DNA from: Haliotis rubra
Lineage: Eukaryota
Reading direction: 5' to 3'
DNA: 64,000 bases
Assembly: GCF_003918875.1 (NCBI RefSeq)
Contig: NW_025767081.1
Coordinates: 434,001-498,000, forward strand
The translations under genes and the position numbers were made by a program. This document shows positions 1 to 13,013 of the stretch, one piece after another. Each line of letters opens with the position of its first letter. Within the stretch, counting starts at the first letter, position 1. The notes under the pieces are model-generated. The model was not told the origin of the DNA. It ran no database searches and was given only the letters and a program-made list of their open reading frames with translations.

Positions 1-145
1 ATAAAGTTGACATTATATAGTGGGAATAATGTTATAGTGGGAATAACGTTGACATTATATAGTGGGAATAATGTTATAGTGGGAATAATGTTGACATTAT
101 ATAGTGGGAATAAAGTTGACATTATATAGTGGGAATAATGTTATG
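1..145. repeat. Minisatellite, ~25-bp unit GTTGACATTATATAGTGGGAATAAT with shorter variant units
   Basis: Unit visibly repeated about 6 times at the window start, probably truncated by the window edge. Confidence 0.85.
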
Positions 146-419
146 TTCTATGTTAAGCAGTCCACCTTCACTCTGTTGTTGTAAAAATACGGTCAAGAGT
201 TGCCTAGTCATCTTAGGTGCTGCAATTTGCTGTGCATTCCTTGGGCACACCAGAAAGCTGTGAATGAGATCAAATACCCAGCATGAAATACAAACATTTT
301 GGTTTGCTTAACATGATAAATAATTCAGACAAACTTTATTCTTATCATCCATCTTATTTCTTGCAGACTGAGTGTATTATTATGCAACTTGTAAAATCCT
401 GATGAAATGTTTGTTCTAG

Positions 420-633
420 GCGTCAGTTTCCCCCAGTTCCACAGACGTCGCCAGTGCTTCCGTCATGGCAGATGTCAACATCCTCTACAACGCTGTCATC
501 TAGTGACAGTTCCTCTAGCCAATCAAATGGCACAGAGACAAGTTCCAGTAATAATATGTTGGGGGTAGCATGTGAAGAAGATGTAAGATTGCCTGGAACA
601 CAGGGAGACAACTCTAGCAGCATTCAGGAGCAG
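420..633 (+). CDS. Penultimate coding exon of a gene starting upstream of the window (Ser-rich low-complexity C-terminal region, product unknown)
   Basis: Acceptor ttgttctag|G at 419/420, open frame RQFPPVPQTSPVLPSWQMSTSSTT...SIQEQ, donor CAG|gtaggg at 633/634 (phase 0). Confidence 0.55.
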
Positions 634-1006
634 GTAGGGTTTTCATTGTTGGTTAGTTCCATCCACGTAATGTCATATTGCTGAATTATTTAGAACAATG
701 GTCAGTATATCGGAAGAATAAGTTGTCTTCAATTTAGTTATCCTTTGAGAGGATTACCCGTTACTTTTCTTATTTAGCTTGTCATAAAATGATGGACCGA
801 ACGACTTATTTGACATGCACATACATACACATACGTGTAATAATCTTGAAAAGACTTGTTTGAAGTACAACCAGAAACAGTTCGCAGTAGTGAGGGTGAC
901 TCTAGGATTAATCACTAAAGTAATTGTATGTTAAGTGACATTTTTTGCAAAGTAAAACAGCTGATATTTATTCACTCACTAGTTTAAAGGTTGTAATTTG
1001 TTTCAG

Positions 1007-1198
1007 ATAAACTCTGATTCTGGAAGAGTTTTAGTCTCAGAAGTTACGAGTACTGACCAATCTCAGATGAATGGATTGGAGGTCAAGGGTGATGAGCCTC
1101 AATCTGGTAATGAGCCTCATTCTGGTAATGACAACTTCAGCAAAACAAAAGATCATTCAGAAGAGGAGGCGGCAAGTCAAGCTATTTCATCTTCATGA
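1007..1198 (+). CDS. Terminal coding exon of the same upstream gene
   Basis: Acceptor ttgtttcag|ATA in phase 0, matching the previous donor; INSDSGRVLVSEVTSTDQ...AISSS then TGA; AATAAA near 2032. Confidence 0.55.
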   Translation: MNSDSGRVLVSEVTSTDQSQMNGLEVKGDEPQSGNEPHSGNDNFSKTKDHSEEEAASQAISSS

Positions 1199-2302
1199 AA
1201 TCTATGATCATCAGTCCTGTGAAAAAAGCTTGTGAATTTGGTAACGGTCCATTATCCAAACTCGAGAATTCTGGACAATTTGAAGTTGATTTCTCTTTCA
1301 ACCAAAGATGAAGACATTTGTACCTTGTCAGTGAGAAGCAGTTGGTTAAGTGAGGTATCACATGGATTGAGAGATGAACTGGAAAAAGGTCTTCCCAAGT
1401 GCATTTAATCTGATTACTGCTGTGGAACATGGATTCAGCTTTTTGGAACAGGAAGACTGATTCCAAATAATTATAAGGAACACTGATAATCCACCTTGCA
1501 ATTTTTGTTTGCTTGTTCCTGTTGTGTTTGTTGTAATTAACGGGCCAGTGTGTCGACACTTCTGAAGTATTGTTTGCAAATCAACTCCAAGTTTACTCAC
1601 TTTATGCTGCAAGAGATGTTTCGGCTTGATTGTCTACACCACTCAGGGATTTACGGGACGTGAATTTCTGCGTCCTATACACGTAAGAATTGACAATGGA
1701 CACAACAAAATTTATTAGCGCGGCCACAGGGACGCAGAAAAAGTCTAAATACTTTTTGTAGAATTTCCAATCAAGTAACCATAAGTTATCACTGAGTTTG
1801 CTACTAGCTGGGTTATGGTATCGTTTGCAATTTGATTACTGTAACAGTTTAAGTGATAATACAATAACAGTATTAATAGTAATATTTAAGTGTCTGGGAC
1901 CACCATTTTGTTGTCCAGGACCCCTGAAAATTAAGAGTATGAGTCCAAGGGACCCTCAAATACAGGACTCAAGGTATATCCCTGACCCCTGATGTAGTCT
2001 GATCACAGGATCTGACTTTTCTGTTGTTTATAAATAAATACTTATATTCTGAAATACGAGCAGACAGGTCTAATGCAAGCCTTTCAGTACCTCCTTACAT
2101 ATCGTAACTACGATAGTGAGGGTGAAGTGTATGATAATTTTTCTTCATCAACGACAGATTAGGGAGCTGTACAACCAGATTAAATGAAAGATAGATACTC
2201 AAATGAAATAATGAATGTTTCACTCTTCAGGACATTTTCTCAGTGAAAATTCCAGATTTTGTGACATATTTATTTACAAGTGTTGAGTCATCAAAATAGT
2301 AT

Positions 2303-2558
2303 ACATATACAGACAAACTTTATGGATAAACAACTTCTTTATTCGGTAGATGAGACGTTTCGATACACGTCCTTGTTGTTTCAGTTAATTATTTACTGTA
2401 TATATATATAGCCCCTGTTTTTCTACCTTACTCATACATGCTTGACAACGATACAAGAATCTGTATCGAAAAGTCGCATCTACCGAATAAAGAAGTTGTT
2501 TAACCATAAAGTTTGCCTGTATATTACTCTCCAACTTCTAAACAATGCCACTCAAAGA
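2303..2558 (+). mobile_element. Penelope-like retroelement remnant (inverted pseudo-LTR) with a hammerhead-like motif
   Basis: 17-bp TSD AGTCATCAAAATAGTAT (2286-2302 and 2559-2575); ~60-bp inverted arms 2305-2367 and ~2462-2524 containing CGAAAC and AATAAA; second copy at 54151-54351. Confidence 0.65.
2438..2479 (+). ncRNA. Minimal type I hammerhead ribozyme-like motif (U3-A8 core variant)
   Basis: ATGC-TTGACAA-C-GATAC(AAGAATCT)GTATC-GAAA-A-GTC-GCAT: stem I ATGC/GCAT, stem II GATAC/GTATC, GUC cleavage triplet. Folded by eye. Confidence 0.5.
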
Positions 2559-3674
2559 AGTCATCAAAATAGTATTCAATATGTTTAATAGACTACTAAT
2601 GTGGTATGGCAACAATAATACCCAAAAGGATCTCTGGGTATTATCGTGAGCTGCAAAGTGACTTCATGACACCAAGGTGTATTTATTGTTTCATGTATAT
2701 ATGTTTTGCCTAATCAAACTGGCAATGAGTATTTTGTAATTCATTTGTGAAGAAAAACATGCAAGATTTCTTGTCAGTTTGTGCCTTAAAACATGAGTTA
2801 TAGTACAGATTGCTGTAGTAGTTGAGTTAGAGAATTGATTTGTGCACTCTTATAATTATCAAACACCTTTATATGTTGACATACTGGCGATTTAAACTTC
2901 CAAATGTATATATGTTTCATTTGCTTTAATCAGAGTTAAATTCGCCCCTGCGTACAACATACCCTTGTGGCTAATTGTATGGCTGTGCGTGCAACGAATA
3001 TCAATCATTCTGTTGATGTGACTTTGTGTGTCCCTTTGTGCTTAAGTATTATATTTGCATATTGATTTGAATTTAAAATTTAATTTGAATTTAAAATTTA
3101 ATCATTTGTTTCTACTTCATGATTCATATGCATTTTCCATTCAGATTAATTTCAATACTTTTGTGATGGTTTTGACACAGTCCTAGTAAAAATATGTGGA
3201 GAAGGGGATTTGTTGGTCAGAATGGTGGCATTGTGTGGAGAGAACAAACAAAGGTGAATGTCTTGTGTTAACTTTGAGTTGTGATTGTTACCCGGTATCC
3301 TACCTGCAGTGTTGATTACTGTTCATGTTATTGGTCAACTAACTCAAAGCCCAGATAGTATGTGATTGACTCTCATGTGAGTGTGTGAGTGAAGATGAAA
3401 TAATTGGTCCCCAAGACTACGTGGTCAAACACCTGGAATTCCATGTTAGCTTGTAAGAAGTGAATGTATGAAATGGGTGGTCAGTGGAGGGAACTTGGTT
3501 GAGTGTGTGGCATCATACCCAGACAGGTTGAATCGTTGCTCATGATGTCAATCACTGGATTGTATGGTTGGCTGGTTTGTTGTTTAATGCCGCACTTAAC
3601 AATATTCCAGCTATATGGCATCAGATAGTCTGGTCCAGACACAATTATTTTCCTGTCTGCCATCACACTGGACT

Positions 3675-3830
3675 GGGGCGGTGGGGTAGCCTAGCGATTA
3701 AAGCGTTGGCTCGTCACCCGAAGACCCGCGGGTTCGAATCCCCACATGGGTACAATGTGTGAAGCCCATTTCTGGTGTCCCCCGCCGTGATGTTGCTGGA
3801 ATATTGCTAAAACCAAACTCAGTCAGTCAG
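3675..3830 (+). mobile_element. tRNA-derived SINE, family 1 (~170 bp)
   Basis: Pol III A box (TAGCCTAGCG) and B box (GGTTCGAATCC), (CAGT)n tail, 12-bp TSD TCACACTGGACT. More than 30 related copies or fragments occur across the window. Confidence 0.9.
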
Positions 3831-6252
3831 TCACACTGGACTATTGCTGGAAGTTTGGCATTAGACAACCATCGAAACAGGTAGTGTGTCTGAAGATTGT
3901 TCACTTTGCAGACTGCAATCATTGGATGCTGTAAGTAGAATAATTGAGACTAACACATTGTCAGTTCACCCACAATCATCTTAGTTTACCTACTGATCAT
4001 ACTGTTAATGGTTGATCATATTAATTGGTTGCTATGCAATTCTGTCATGATCCTGATATTATTTCTGTTCATAATATTATCAATGTTCATTATCACAGGG
4101 AGTCCACATATTTACTACTACAGCTACCATATTTCTATTCAGGTTATCATGACTGATTTCTCGTACCCAGAAAATTTCAGTTGGAATAATGTTACATTTG
4201 TTTCAGTCAAGTTCATCACAGCTAATGTGCTGTCATGGGAAAGGCCGGAGGGTGATAGGGAAGGTTGCAACAATTTGAGATGAGTGAATGAGTGAATATT
4301 GTTTTAAGCTGTTTTAGCAATATTCCTGTAGTATGACGGCTGGTGACACCAGAGATGGACTTCACACATTGTACCCATGTGGGAATTTAACCATTTGGCT
4401 ATCCAGCCATCCCTATTTAAGACAAGAAGTAGTTACATTTGTAATGTTTGATCATGCATGGCAAGGGAGTGTGGAACTATGTGGCAATGTGGCATGTGTC
4501 ATTGGGCCGGGTGTGTTAATGATTTGTTTGGGCCTTTTAAATGTTGGCTTCTAATGGATGCCTCAATGCCATACGTTTATAAGTCTTTCAATACAGAGAT
4601 GTATACAATAAAAGGGTTCACTTTACTGCCTTGTCTGTCATCAATGAGACCTTTGGATTTCAGATCATTATAACTGAAACAGCCTTCCTTTGTCTCCTAT
4701 CAGTCTAGTGCAAACATTTATATTATCAACATCCCTGAAGCGCACCAGGGCGTGGTGTAGGGATGTAGCTTCTTCTCATTCCTCAAGCAAGGAGGACATG
4801 GGTACTTTGTGTGAAGCTCATTTCTGGTGTACCCGGCCGTGATATTGCTGGAATATTGCTAAAAGCGGCGTAAAACCAAACTCACTCACTCACTCAAGCA
4901 AGGAGGAATAATATCATTCATAAGTTTGCAAAAATAGATGTAAAACACAAATCTAAGTATTCTTAGTGTACTTACATTTAATGATATTTTAATCATGTTT
5001 TATTATGTGGTTAAGGTCTTCTCTCCCGACCAACCTCGGCTCTGTACCCGTCAAACTGCCTTGAGACGTTATCAAAAACAACGAGACAGTTGTAAAAAAT
5101 TGTTGAAGGAAGCCTTCGTAAAATACTTAGATCCCAACTCTACCTTCAAAAATGTTAAAAGTTACAAGTTATTACATTACACTATTACATTTATATCATT
5201 GTTGAAACACTGATGCAGTGGAGTTCCCGATTTCCTGAAATTTCGCTTATGTGTTTTGTTGTGCAGATCATGTGACCGAGAATGGATCTGTGTTATAACT
5301 CATTGGAACAATTAATCTTCCTGTACTCCATTTATTCCGGCGCTCGGCATCGGCGGGATAAAACAAGGACTAGCCGAATCGTACTACAGTCCGTTTGAGT
5401 CAGAAACGGACCGATGAATTGCAAATTTTATCATTGTACAAAATTGCCACATAAATAAAGGGACAGCCAGTTGTTAGAGAAGCACGTGCACAAGTGCCCA
5501 CCAAATTATTGATTCATTAGCCTGTGCTGTGCCGTCTCCATCCTTTCTCGCACACCTGGCTGTCCCTTTCTCTGCACTCCTCCCTCGTAACAAATAGTGA
5601 ACTGTGTCAAAATTTTAATGATAGTTTCTGTGCGATAACACCTTATCGTACCATGTCGTTCTTCTTTTCTATTACCACTAAATGACCTGCAACAATATGT
5701 AGCTGATAGAAAATGCCCTGAAATGTGCACAATAATGCATTTCAGGGAAACACAGGTGAATGATAGATTATAGAAGCAGGAACCCATTTGGAGATATTAC
5801 GAATGTTTTTAAATTTTGATAGATGCTATGTTTTACCATGTTTAATAATTTTGATACACTTTGCTTGGCGTTTCTAATATTCAATAGAGTGACTTCATAA
5901 TGATTTTGAAAAGAAGTTGAGGCATTTGATCTCTCTAATTTGCATCGATACCCGCATATGACCCCAACGGATATAAACAATATCTGTAGACTTTTATCCT
6001 GACGAGGACACTATGCATTGTAAGATATATTTGAATATTAAGATCTTGAATTTACTACCCTGCAAAAGTTAGACTCACAATGCATGTATACATGAATGTT
6101 TAAAATTGTGCTCTATAAATATATATATTTGATCTAAATATCTAATATAAGCGTTCTGGCATTATTTGTGTAATCAATAATACAAGGGTATTACAGGGTG
6201 GGGGGTTTGCTTAACACCTATTAAAAGAAGTACTTTTTTTTATATGAATGCC

Positions 6253-6425
6253 GGGGCGGTGGTGTAGCCTAATGGTTAAAGCGTTGGCTCGTCACGCCGA
6301 AGACCCGGGTTCGAATCCCCACATGGGTACAACGTGTGAAGCCCATTTCTGGTGTCCCCCGCCGTGATGTTGCTGGAATATTGCTAAAAGCGGCGTAAAA
6401 CCAAACTCAGTCAGTCAGCAGTCAG
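6253..6425 (+). mobile_element. SINE family 1
   Basis: Full-length copy with 12-bp TSD TATATGAATGCC (6241-6252 and 6426-6437). Confidence 0.92.
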
Positions 6426-6467
6426 TATATGAATGCCCTCTTATGTCTTGCTTTATTCTCTTATAGC

Positions 6468-7453
6468 GAGAACATCTCATGTTACGCTGTTAGCTGCAGT
6501 CTGGGGAGAAGAACGATTCAACCGCTACGTTGAACCCGAGGTACAGATTACTCCAGCTGCTGCACAGGTCACAGGCATACGTGTTGAGGGGAGAAGGATG
6601 TTTCACTACAGTGAAGAAGTTTATCCTGTATCTTTAAAGACGGCTATTGGAGACCTGATTTCCTTTCTTAGCAAAAGTGAAGGCAATGTTCTGGTTGGGC
6701 ACAATATCAAGTTATATGATTGTCCATTACTTTTCAATGCATTACTTGCCATTGATTACATACCACAATTTTCAAATCATGTACATGGTTTTCTAGGTGG
6801 TTTTCTAGATACACTTCAGCTATTCAAATTGACAAATCCTGGACTTAATTCATATGCTCAGGTTGAGTTGTTTAAAAATATTGTGGGGAGTGACTATGTT
6901 GCACATGATGCCTTGTCAGATGCCTTGTCATTGCAACAGCTGTACTCAGCTTGTCATGCTTCTCTTGATGCAAAGACCCAATCTACTTTTTGTGTGAAGT
7001 ACTGTACAGACTCCTTGGCACGGTCTAAAGCTATAAAAGCTAATCTCCCAAGCCTTCAACACCTTGTGTGTGAAAAGGTTTTATCTACAAATATGGCCAG
7101 AAAGATAGCCTCTAGTGGTCTCTGCTTTGACCACTTGAACGTAGTTTACAAGAGACAGGGAGATATTGGATTATCCAATGTGTTTGCTAAAAAGTACCAG
7201 ACTGACTGACTGACTGAGTTTGGTTTTACGCCGCTTTGAGCAATATTCCAGCAACATCACGGCGGGGGACACCAGAAATGGGCTTCACACATTGTGCCCA
7301 TGTGGGGACTCGAACCCGGGTCTTCGGCGTGACGAGCCAACGCTTTAACCATTAGGCTACCCCACCGCCCCGAAAAGTATCAGAACAAATGCAGGCAAGC
7401 TCTCAGAAGATTGTAAATTCTCTATCTCACTACCTTTCCAAAGTTACAGTTTG
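6468..7453 (+). pseudogene. Decayed DEDDh 3'-5' exonuclease exon (TREX1/PML-like exonuclease with PML-type C-terminal extension)
   Basis: Acceptor ttctcttatag|; motifs VLVGHNIKLYD (ExoII), GFLDTL, AHDALSDA (ExoIII), MARKIASSGL; ExoI DxE motif not found in the window; a SINE with TSD interrupts the 3' end; the remaining tail (SSQKIVNSLSHYL) is out of frame; 12-bp internal duplication (GFLGGFLD). Confidence 0.75.
7201..7371 (-). mobile_element. SINE family 1 inserted into the exonuclease coding region
   Basis: Full-length reverse copy; TSD AAAAGTA(C/T)CAG at 7190-7200 and 7373-7383. Confidence 0.9.
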
Positions 7454-10400
7454 ATCAAACTTTGTTGTTTCAAGATGACCTGTATTTTGTTTAGTTCAGT
7501 GCTTTACACTGTAAAATTCCATTATCTTAAAAGATATTTTTATCTCCCAATGTCCTAAGGTGACAATTCAAAATTAAAGAGGAATGATAGTGAAGATCTG
7601 CTGAAATCTTCCATGTGTCAAGGTGACCTTGAAAAATATGTCAAGGTCACCAAAAACTACTGGACCCTGCACCTTCTCTAGATGAAGTTTGGTGTCAAGT
7701 ATGAAAAGAAATCCAGTGAACTGTTTTTGAGATTTATTACATGCTAAACAGTGAGAGAAAAGTGCTCATCACTACAGTGAGATATCGCTTTTCTCATCAC
7801 TGTGAAAATATCACAAAGAGGATGATGTAACCTGAACATCAGCAGTTGCTAAGTGACAGTGCAACAATGGTATGATGAGGTCAGAAAGAGCTAAAGTGGA
7901 CCATTATGTAATATAATGTTACACATTGTGTCATAGCGGAAAAATACCCTCAGTGACCCATGTTTTTTTTATACTTATTTTTATGGCAAAACATGTTGTC
8001 ATTAACATATTTGAATTTAGAAAAAAGTTTAATACTAGAAATTATGAAAATGAGGGATCATGTCAGAAGTTTGCTGATTTTCCCATAGACTCCCATTTTA
8101 AAAGTCTTGGCTAGCCAAGGATTCTTCAAGACTCCATATCTCCAGAAAACCCACAGTACCCCCTCCTTTTCTGTGCTGTTTTTACAAATACAAACGTCAT
8201 ACTTTAAAAATATACCATTTAGAAAAAAAGTTTAATACTATTTATATTACCAGCGAACATCCTTAAGGGTTATATTTACCAATACAGGTAAAAATGTAAT
8301 TCCATCAGTATTGCCATCATCCGCTACGATTACTGACTAAAAAAGGTCTTTTAATTGAGTGTTTGAGACGCTGTATCTGTCTTTGAGGTTGCCTGTTCTA
8401 GTCCTGGTGAAGAACATGTTCCAAATCGTCAAGATTCTGTACCGTACCGGAGGAACCCTCTGACGAGCACGGCATCCTGCTGGCCAGGGATGAGTTGTGA
8501 TCGCTACCTGGCATAGGAAATCCATCACTGCGCGGCTTCTGTGGGGCTAGCGCTGTTATCTGGGCCTTGTCAGAGCACAATGGTTGTCGAAATGTGGTGC
8601 TACAAGCCAGTCCAGGATCTCCCTTTGTTCATAGGATTGACAGATTGAAATTTACAGTCGTACGACAGACACCACCACACTGTAACGTACCCACGCTAAA
8701 TGAAACCTGTTCGAGGGCGTTTCTCAGTCATTCTCAGTTAAGTTGTACAAATGCTGTCGGACTGGTTACAGGCCCCGCTATCCATACCGTGAAACCGTTT
8801 TTCCCATGAAATCGACAGTATTCAATAGTCAGATGTAATAGAATTTTTTTGGTAAACTACAATAGTCACAAACATTTGAGAAAATATTTGAAACTGACTG
8901 TTTCTTTACAGTTGGTTGTGATTTTCTTGCTGTCGGCAAAGCATATTGCCGTCAATGGTTCTCTTCTAGATAATACTAATTACTTACAAGTCAACGTAAT
9001 AAACCAGAATAATGAAATTTCAAAGTGTGCTTTTATATTTAAGAACATAAAAATCAAGAATGAGAAAGAAACAAAAAGACAATTTTTTGTTTTAATTTTG
9101 TCGGTAGAAGTAACGTAATTTACGTTATGGTAACTGATGTACATAACATTTACTACATATAAACAAGTTTAGCAAGTAAAATGGGTTGTATTCTATGCCG
9201 AACACAATATTGCTTTCAAACAAATGTCAACTGATCAACAAGGAAAATTAATAGAACGAACTTATCCATTTTATCTTCAGTTATTGGAACGATTTTTTTA
9301 AGGATGTAATCATACGTGACGGTCACAGTAAAATAAGTCTAATAGGAATCGATGCTGGCCCTAATCCATTTACATGGATAGCATAACCGTGCATGTTTCC
9401 AAACATTAAATCACCAAAACGGAGTAATGTGGCCCTCATCCTGGACATTTAATATAAGGATGTAATTTACGTTTTGTAATTTACGTTTAGTAGATGTTCA
9501 GAAATTCCTTCTAAGTGCAAAAGTGCACCACAAATACCCTATGCAATCACACGTTGGAAGCAGTGGTCATTACAGCACGTCATTCGAATGTGAACTTTGA
9601 TGAACCGGAGTTTCCTGATTCATCCTGAAGTAGAATAAGTGTTTTTCAATGATAAGGATAACTGTACTGTTTTGACACATGCTGTATAATGATTCTGAGT
9701 TACATTTTTGCAACATTATGATAATATATTGATTAATCAGTTTAAATACTTTCGTAATTCAGACATGATTTATGAAAACCATTCTTTGCCTTCCATGCAT
9801 GACCCTGTAACGTAAATTACAGGAATTGTGACGTATATTACTTTTCATTGCCTCTACATTAATCTTTTCTGTAAAAAGCACAGATGTATAAAGTAAGCTG
9901 AATGTTGAAACAGATGGTTTCCTATCAAGTGATAAAGCAGTAAACCTGTGATTGGATCGTGGAGATTTAAATTTAAAGATGTAAACAGAACTAATTTCAG
10001 TGTTTGATTATTTGTTGATGTAGTTCTTTATATGATACTTGTGAAACTGCACATAATGATGATAATACTTAAAAACATCCATGTTTTATCTTTAAACAAA
10101 TGGCTATTGGGATACTCTTCAAAGTAGTGATGTTATTGCATGCGATTAATAATAAAGCATTTATGAAGTCTAATATTAACTGGTAACGTAAATTACATTA
10201 CTTTATTTGGGATTGTTTGGAAAGTGTCATTATGTTAAATGATGGAATCTATACATTATTGCTTGAATTGTGGTCATCTATTACAGATATTATAGCTAAT
10301 TCTCAAGCAGAGAAAGAAAGAAAATACAGATAACGGGAAAATCAGCATTGGGAAACAAATGGAATAGGAAAGAATTGGAACGTGTTAAAAGTATTATAAG

Positions 10401-11473
10401 CAGACCAGTACACTGTTTAGAGCTGAAAAAGAAAAATTAACCGTAGAGAAAGAAACAAAAAGAAATGTCAGAAAATATGGAGAAAATGTAAAAGGCATTC
10501 TAGCTACTATGACCCAGAATGAAGCGACTGCAGAAGTTGTTCCACGGGAGCCTGTAGTGACTAAAAAGTACAACACACGAACCAGTGATTTTAAGCTACC
10601 TGCTTTTATTCATGTACAAGTTTCTGTGTTTTATGCGTTCATATACGTCAATTGTTCTTCGAAACCTCTGCTTTGGTCCTTGCTTATGATAGTATCACCT
10701 ATGCCCATTTATATTTAAAGTTGCAATTGTTGACTGGTAATTTACGTGACAGTCGTATTTTGATCAGGGTTTATGTGTCTAATGTTCAAGGTCAGGTTAA
10801 CCAAAAGTTGTTGGTTTCATTAATTAGTTGTCAATTTGGAAAAAAACCCTTCTAAATATAGGCATTTAGGAGTTGCACCTTTTGTCATTTGGTATTGTTT
10901 ATTTGTATCAAAATTAATGAAACATTGTAATTTACGTCACTCAAAAAAAGAATGAGTTGTTACACAGATGACCGTTAGGACCAGCGTTGGGACCAGCATG
11001 TGAGATTATTGCCTGACAATACAGTATCACAGTGACAGGTGATAATCAAATATGAAACGCAGCAATTCTGTTTTAGCATTATCGATGAGAAAGCGTATCA
11101 GTTTTAACAATGTCATTTCCTTTGATACCCAGTATAAAAAATCTGAAATAATAAAGTACATGCCCGGATGTTCATATTGCTTTTCCACATAGATGACATG
11201 TGAAACTGTCTATCTTATTCTGCTGTTTTTGAAAATATCAAAGTATTACTATTTGAAAGGCAGCTGGTCATTGTGGCGTGGGTGTCGTCACGTAAATTTC
11301 ATTGTAACATCAGGGTACAGTAGTATAAAGAGCTGTTGCAGGGTAATTGTCTGTGCCTGAGTGCTGAATATTTAGTAACAGGTTCTCTAATGCTTGTACT
11401 TCATGAAAAGTAATGCAATTTACCGAACATGAAACATTTTTTTCCCGCGAGTTTCCACTGGCAATTGTACATT

Positions 11474-11705
11474 TTAACTGAGAATGGCTGTTCTATGTGC
11501 GTATGTCGTGTTGGTACGACGCCAGACACGTGCTCTGCTGTCGACCATGTACAGAAGAGAAGTCAACTTATCATACGGGTTACATTTTCTCCCGGATGCT
11601 AGAATCCAGTAACGACAACCTCTATGACAAGCTAAACGAACAGCTGAGTGTCCATCTGTAAATACAGGTCTCCTCACTGGTTTTCTGGCACGAATTCCTG
11701 CAGTT
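11474..11705 (-). mobile_element. Tc1/mariner transposase relic (HTH-to-DDE linker region)
   Basis: GIRARKPVRRPVFTDGHSAVRL...VDSRARVWRR matches the Tc1 pattern RRP.R.P.LT..H...RL...DGR.RVWRR. Confidence 0.7.
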
Positions 11706-11707
11706 TG

Positions 11708-12082
11708 ACCCGTGAAGATCCGAGTTAGAAGTAGTCTTTAGCAACCCATGCTTGTAAGATCGGGTGTTCAGGCTCGCTGGCTTTGTTGACACTTTTCATC
11801 CAATCCCAGTTGCGTAGATCAATGATCGCTAATCACTGGCTTGACTCTTAGAAACTTTATAAGTTACAGACCGCCTCTTAAAATCTGGAATATTGCTGAG
11901 TGCGGCGTTAAAAGTAAGTGAGTGAGTGAATGTAGTTTTACGCCGATTTATCAATATTCCAGCATTATCACGACGGGGGACACCAGAAATGGGCTTCACA
12001 CATTATACCAATGTGGGGAATCGAACCCGGGTCTTCGGCGTGAAGGGTGAACAATTTAACCACTAGGCTACCCCACCGCCCC
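11708..12082. mobile_element. Family 2 retroposon (+, ~11708-11915) with a family 1 SINE (-, ~11918-12082) inserted at its tail
   Basis: ACCCGTGAAGATCC head and GGAATATTGCTGAGTGCGGCGTTAAA tail, followed by a reverse SINE1 flanked by GCGTTAAA repeats. Confidence 0.75.
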
Positions 12083-12355
12083 GCGTTAAAGAAGAAGATT
12101 GTCCGGTCCAGAACGCCACCAAAGTGAGTGAGTGTTAAAATTTAAAGTCACATCGGCAGTATTTATCGTGACCAAGAAAGTTGTACATTTATAATGAATA
12201 AAACAAAGTTAGAAAACATACCTACCTTTCACAGAAATACATTTAAAAATAGTAAGTAGATCTTAAATACTACATGGAGTGTGATTGTATCTGTTTGTCT
12301 ATCTGAAGTATAAATTCCAGTGCCAGTTAGTTTTGCACGTCTGTTTGAAATCGTT

Positions 12356-12685
12356 CGCCTCCGTGGTGTAGTGGTTAGAGCGTCCGCCCGGAGAGCGGAA
12401 GGTCGCGGGTTCGATCCCCGACCACGTCATACCAAAAGACGTTAAAATATGGTACTTGTTGGTCCCTGCCTGCCATTAATGGGACTAGTCGGCTCGGAGT
12501 CAGTATAATGTGTCTGAGTGGGGTATTCATGCTTCACTGCGGCATGGTATCTCAGTGGGCTAGCACTATAAATCCAGCTTAAGTCTGGGCTAGTACAAGC
12601 AGCCGCACATACCCATACACACGCATGCACGTCGTCATATAAGCGAAATACTCAAGCACGACGTAAAACCCAATTTCACCTCACC
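12356..12685 (+). mobile_element. tRNA-derived SINE family 3 (V-SINE-like, ~330 bp)
   Basis: A/B boxes (GTGTAGTGG, GGTTCGATCCC), V-domain-like GTCATACCAAAAGAC...AAATATGGTAC...CCCTGCCTG, (CACCT)n tail. Confidence 0.85.
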
Positions 12686-13013
12686 GTCGTGCTTGGGAAT
12701 ATTTCGCTCATATGACGACGTGCATGCGTGTGTATGTGTATGTGCGGCTGCTTGTACTAGCCCAGACTGAAGCTGGTTTTATAGTGCTAGCCCACTGAGA
12801 TACCATGCCGCAGTGAAGCATGAATACCCCACTCAGACACATTATACTGACTCCGAGCCGACCAGTCCTTGTTGTACCCATTAATGCCGAGCGCCAGGCA
12901 GGGACCAATAAGTACCATATTTTAACACCTTTTGGTATGACGCGGTCGAGGATCGAACCCGCGACCTTCCGCTCTCCGGGCGGACGCTCTAACCACTACA
13001 CCACGGAGGCGGT
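12685..13013 (-). mobile_element. SINE family 3 (V-SINE-like), tail-to-tail with the preceding copy
   Basis: Reverse complement of the 12356-12685 copy, directly abutting it. Confidence 0.85.

Noticed and set aside
3675-3760. tRNA genes (A/B boxes, GTC anticodon-like loop) in the many SINE heads
   Set aside because: No proper acceptor stem or poly-T terminator; each continues into a shared SINE body with a microsatellite tail and TSDs.
8337-8809. GC-richer segment with several short overlapping ORFs
   Set aside because: No recognisable domain or consistent splice pattern; left unannotated.
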